Of a stretch of 35,841 nt of DNA, positions 35,743 through 35,841 are shown piece by piece. Positions within the stretch are counted from its first letter, which is position 1. Every line of letters begins with the position of its first letter. The notes below the pieces were generated by a model that did no database searches, was not told the DNA's origin, and saw only the letters and a program-made list of their open reading frames with translations. This DNA is from a bacterium (GTDB lineage Bacteria > J088 > JAWLBW01): NCBI GenBank assembly GCA_041690355.1, contig JAWLHK010000015.1, positions 62,001 through 97,841 on the forward strand, written 5' to 3'. Made by a program: the position numbers and the translations under genes.

Positions 35743-35841
35743 TCAGCCGCGCAGGCTGCGGCGGAGGCGGAACCAGGCCAGCGGCAGCAGGAACCACATC
35801 CAGCGCAGGTCGGCCGTCGGATTTCCGCCGGCGGCGCAGCC
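35743..35841 (-). CDS. C-terminus of a surface protein with a MYXO-CTERM-like sorting signal (partial)
   Basis: Translates GCAAGGNPTADLRWMWFLLPLAWFRLRRSLRG*: GC motif, hydrophobic helix, Arg cluster; followed by a terminator. Confidence 0.65.
   Translation of the reverse strand, partial: GCAAGGNPTADLRWMWFLLPLAWFRLRRSLRG

Overview
High-GC bacterial window, probably from a deltaproteobacterial/Myxococcota-like organism (inferred from the mfd + three-PPIase operon, the ftsEX-envC-ctpA-yibQ cluster and a MYXO-CTERM-like tail). It opens with the 3' end of tRNA-Glu(UUC) and its terminator. A visibly lower-GC, integrase-free mini-island follows, carrying an AbiE-like HTH + nucleotidyltransferase pair and a MazE/MazF-type TA module among degenerate REP-like palindromic repeats. 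From about 2.7 to 16.7 kb is a patchwork of accessory genes: dipeptidase-like lipoprotein, DUF1640, PHB-depolymerase-like esterase, DUF4412, AhpD-like protein, SQR, Phd/VapC TA, STAS-like protein, MtfA peptidase, small ORF + WYL regulator, trypsin-TPR protein, XRE regulator, DUF4126-like and NapD-like genes. Several are separated by 7-bp-periodic tandem repeat tracts. The right half is mostly housekeeping (tkt, ftsEX, envC, ctpA, yibQ, csp, mfd, PPIases), then a SMP-30 lipoprotein, an orphan sensor kinase and an MCE-like lipoprotein. Best candidates for something new: the tRNA-anchored AbiE-like pair with its leaderless, palindrome-covered promoter; the small-gene + WYL pair; an IR-flanked, possibly invertible promoter upstream of the XRE gene; heptamer tracts at cassette boundaries; and a structured csp 3' region. 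Family assignments are by motif recognition only; no searches were run.
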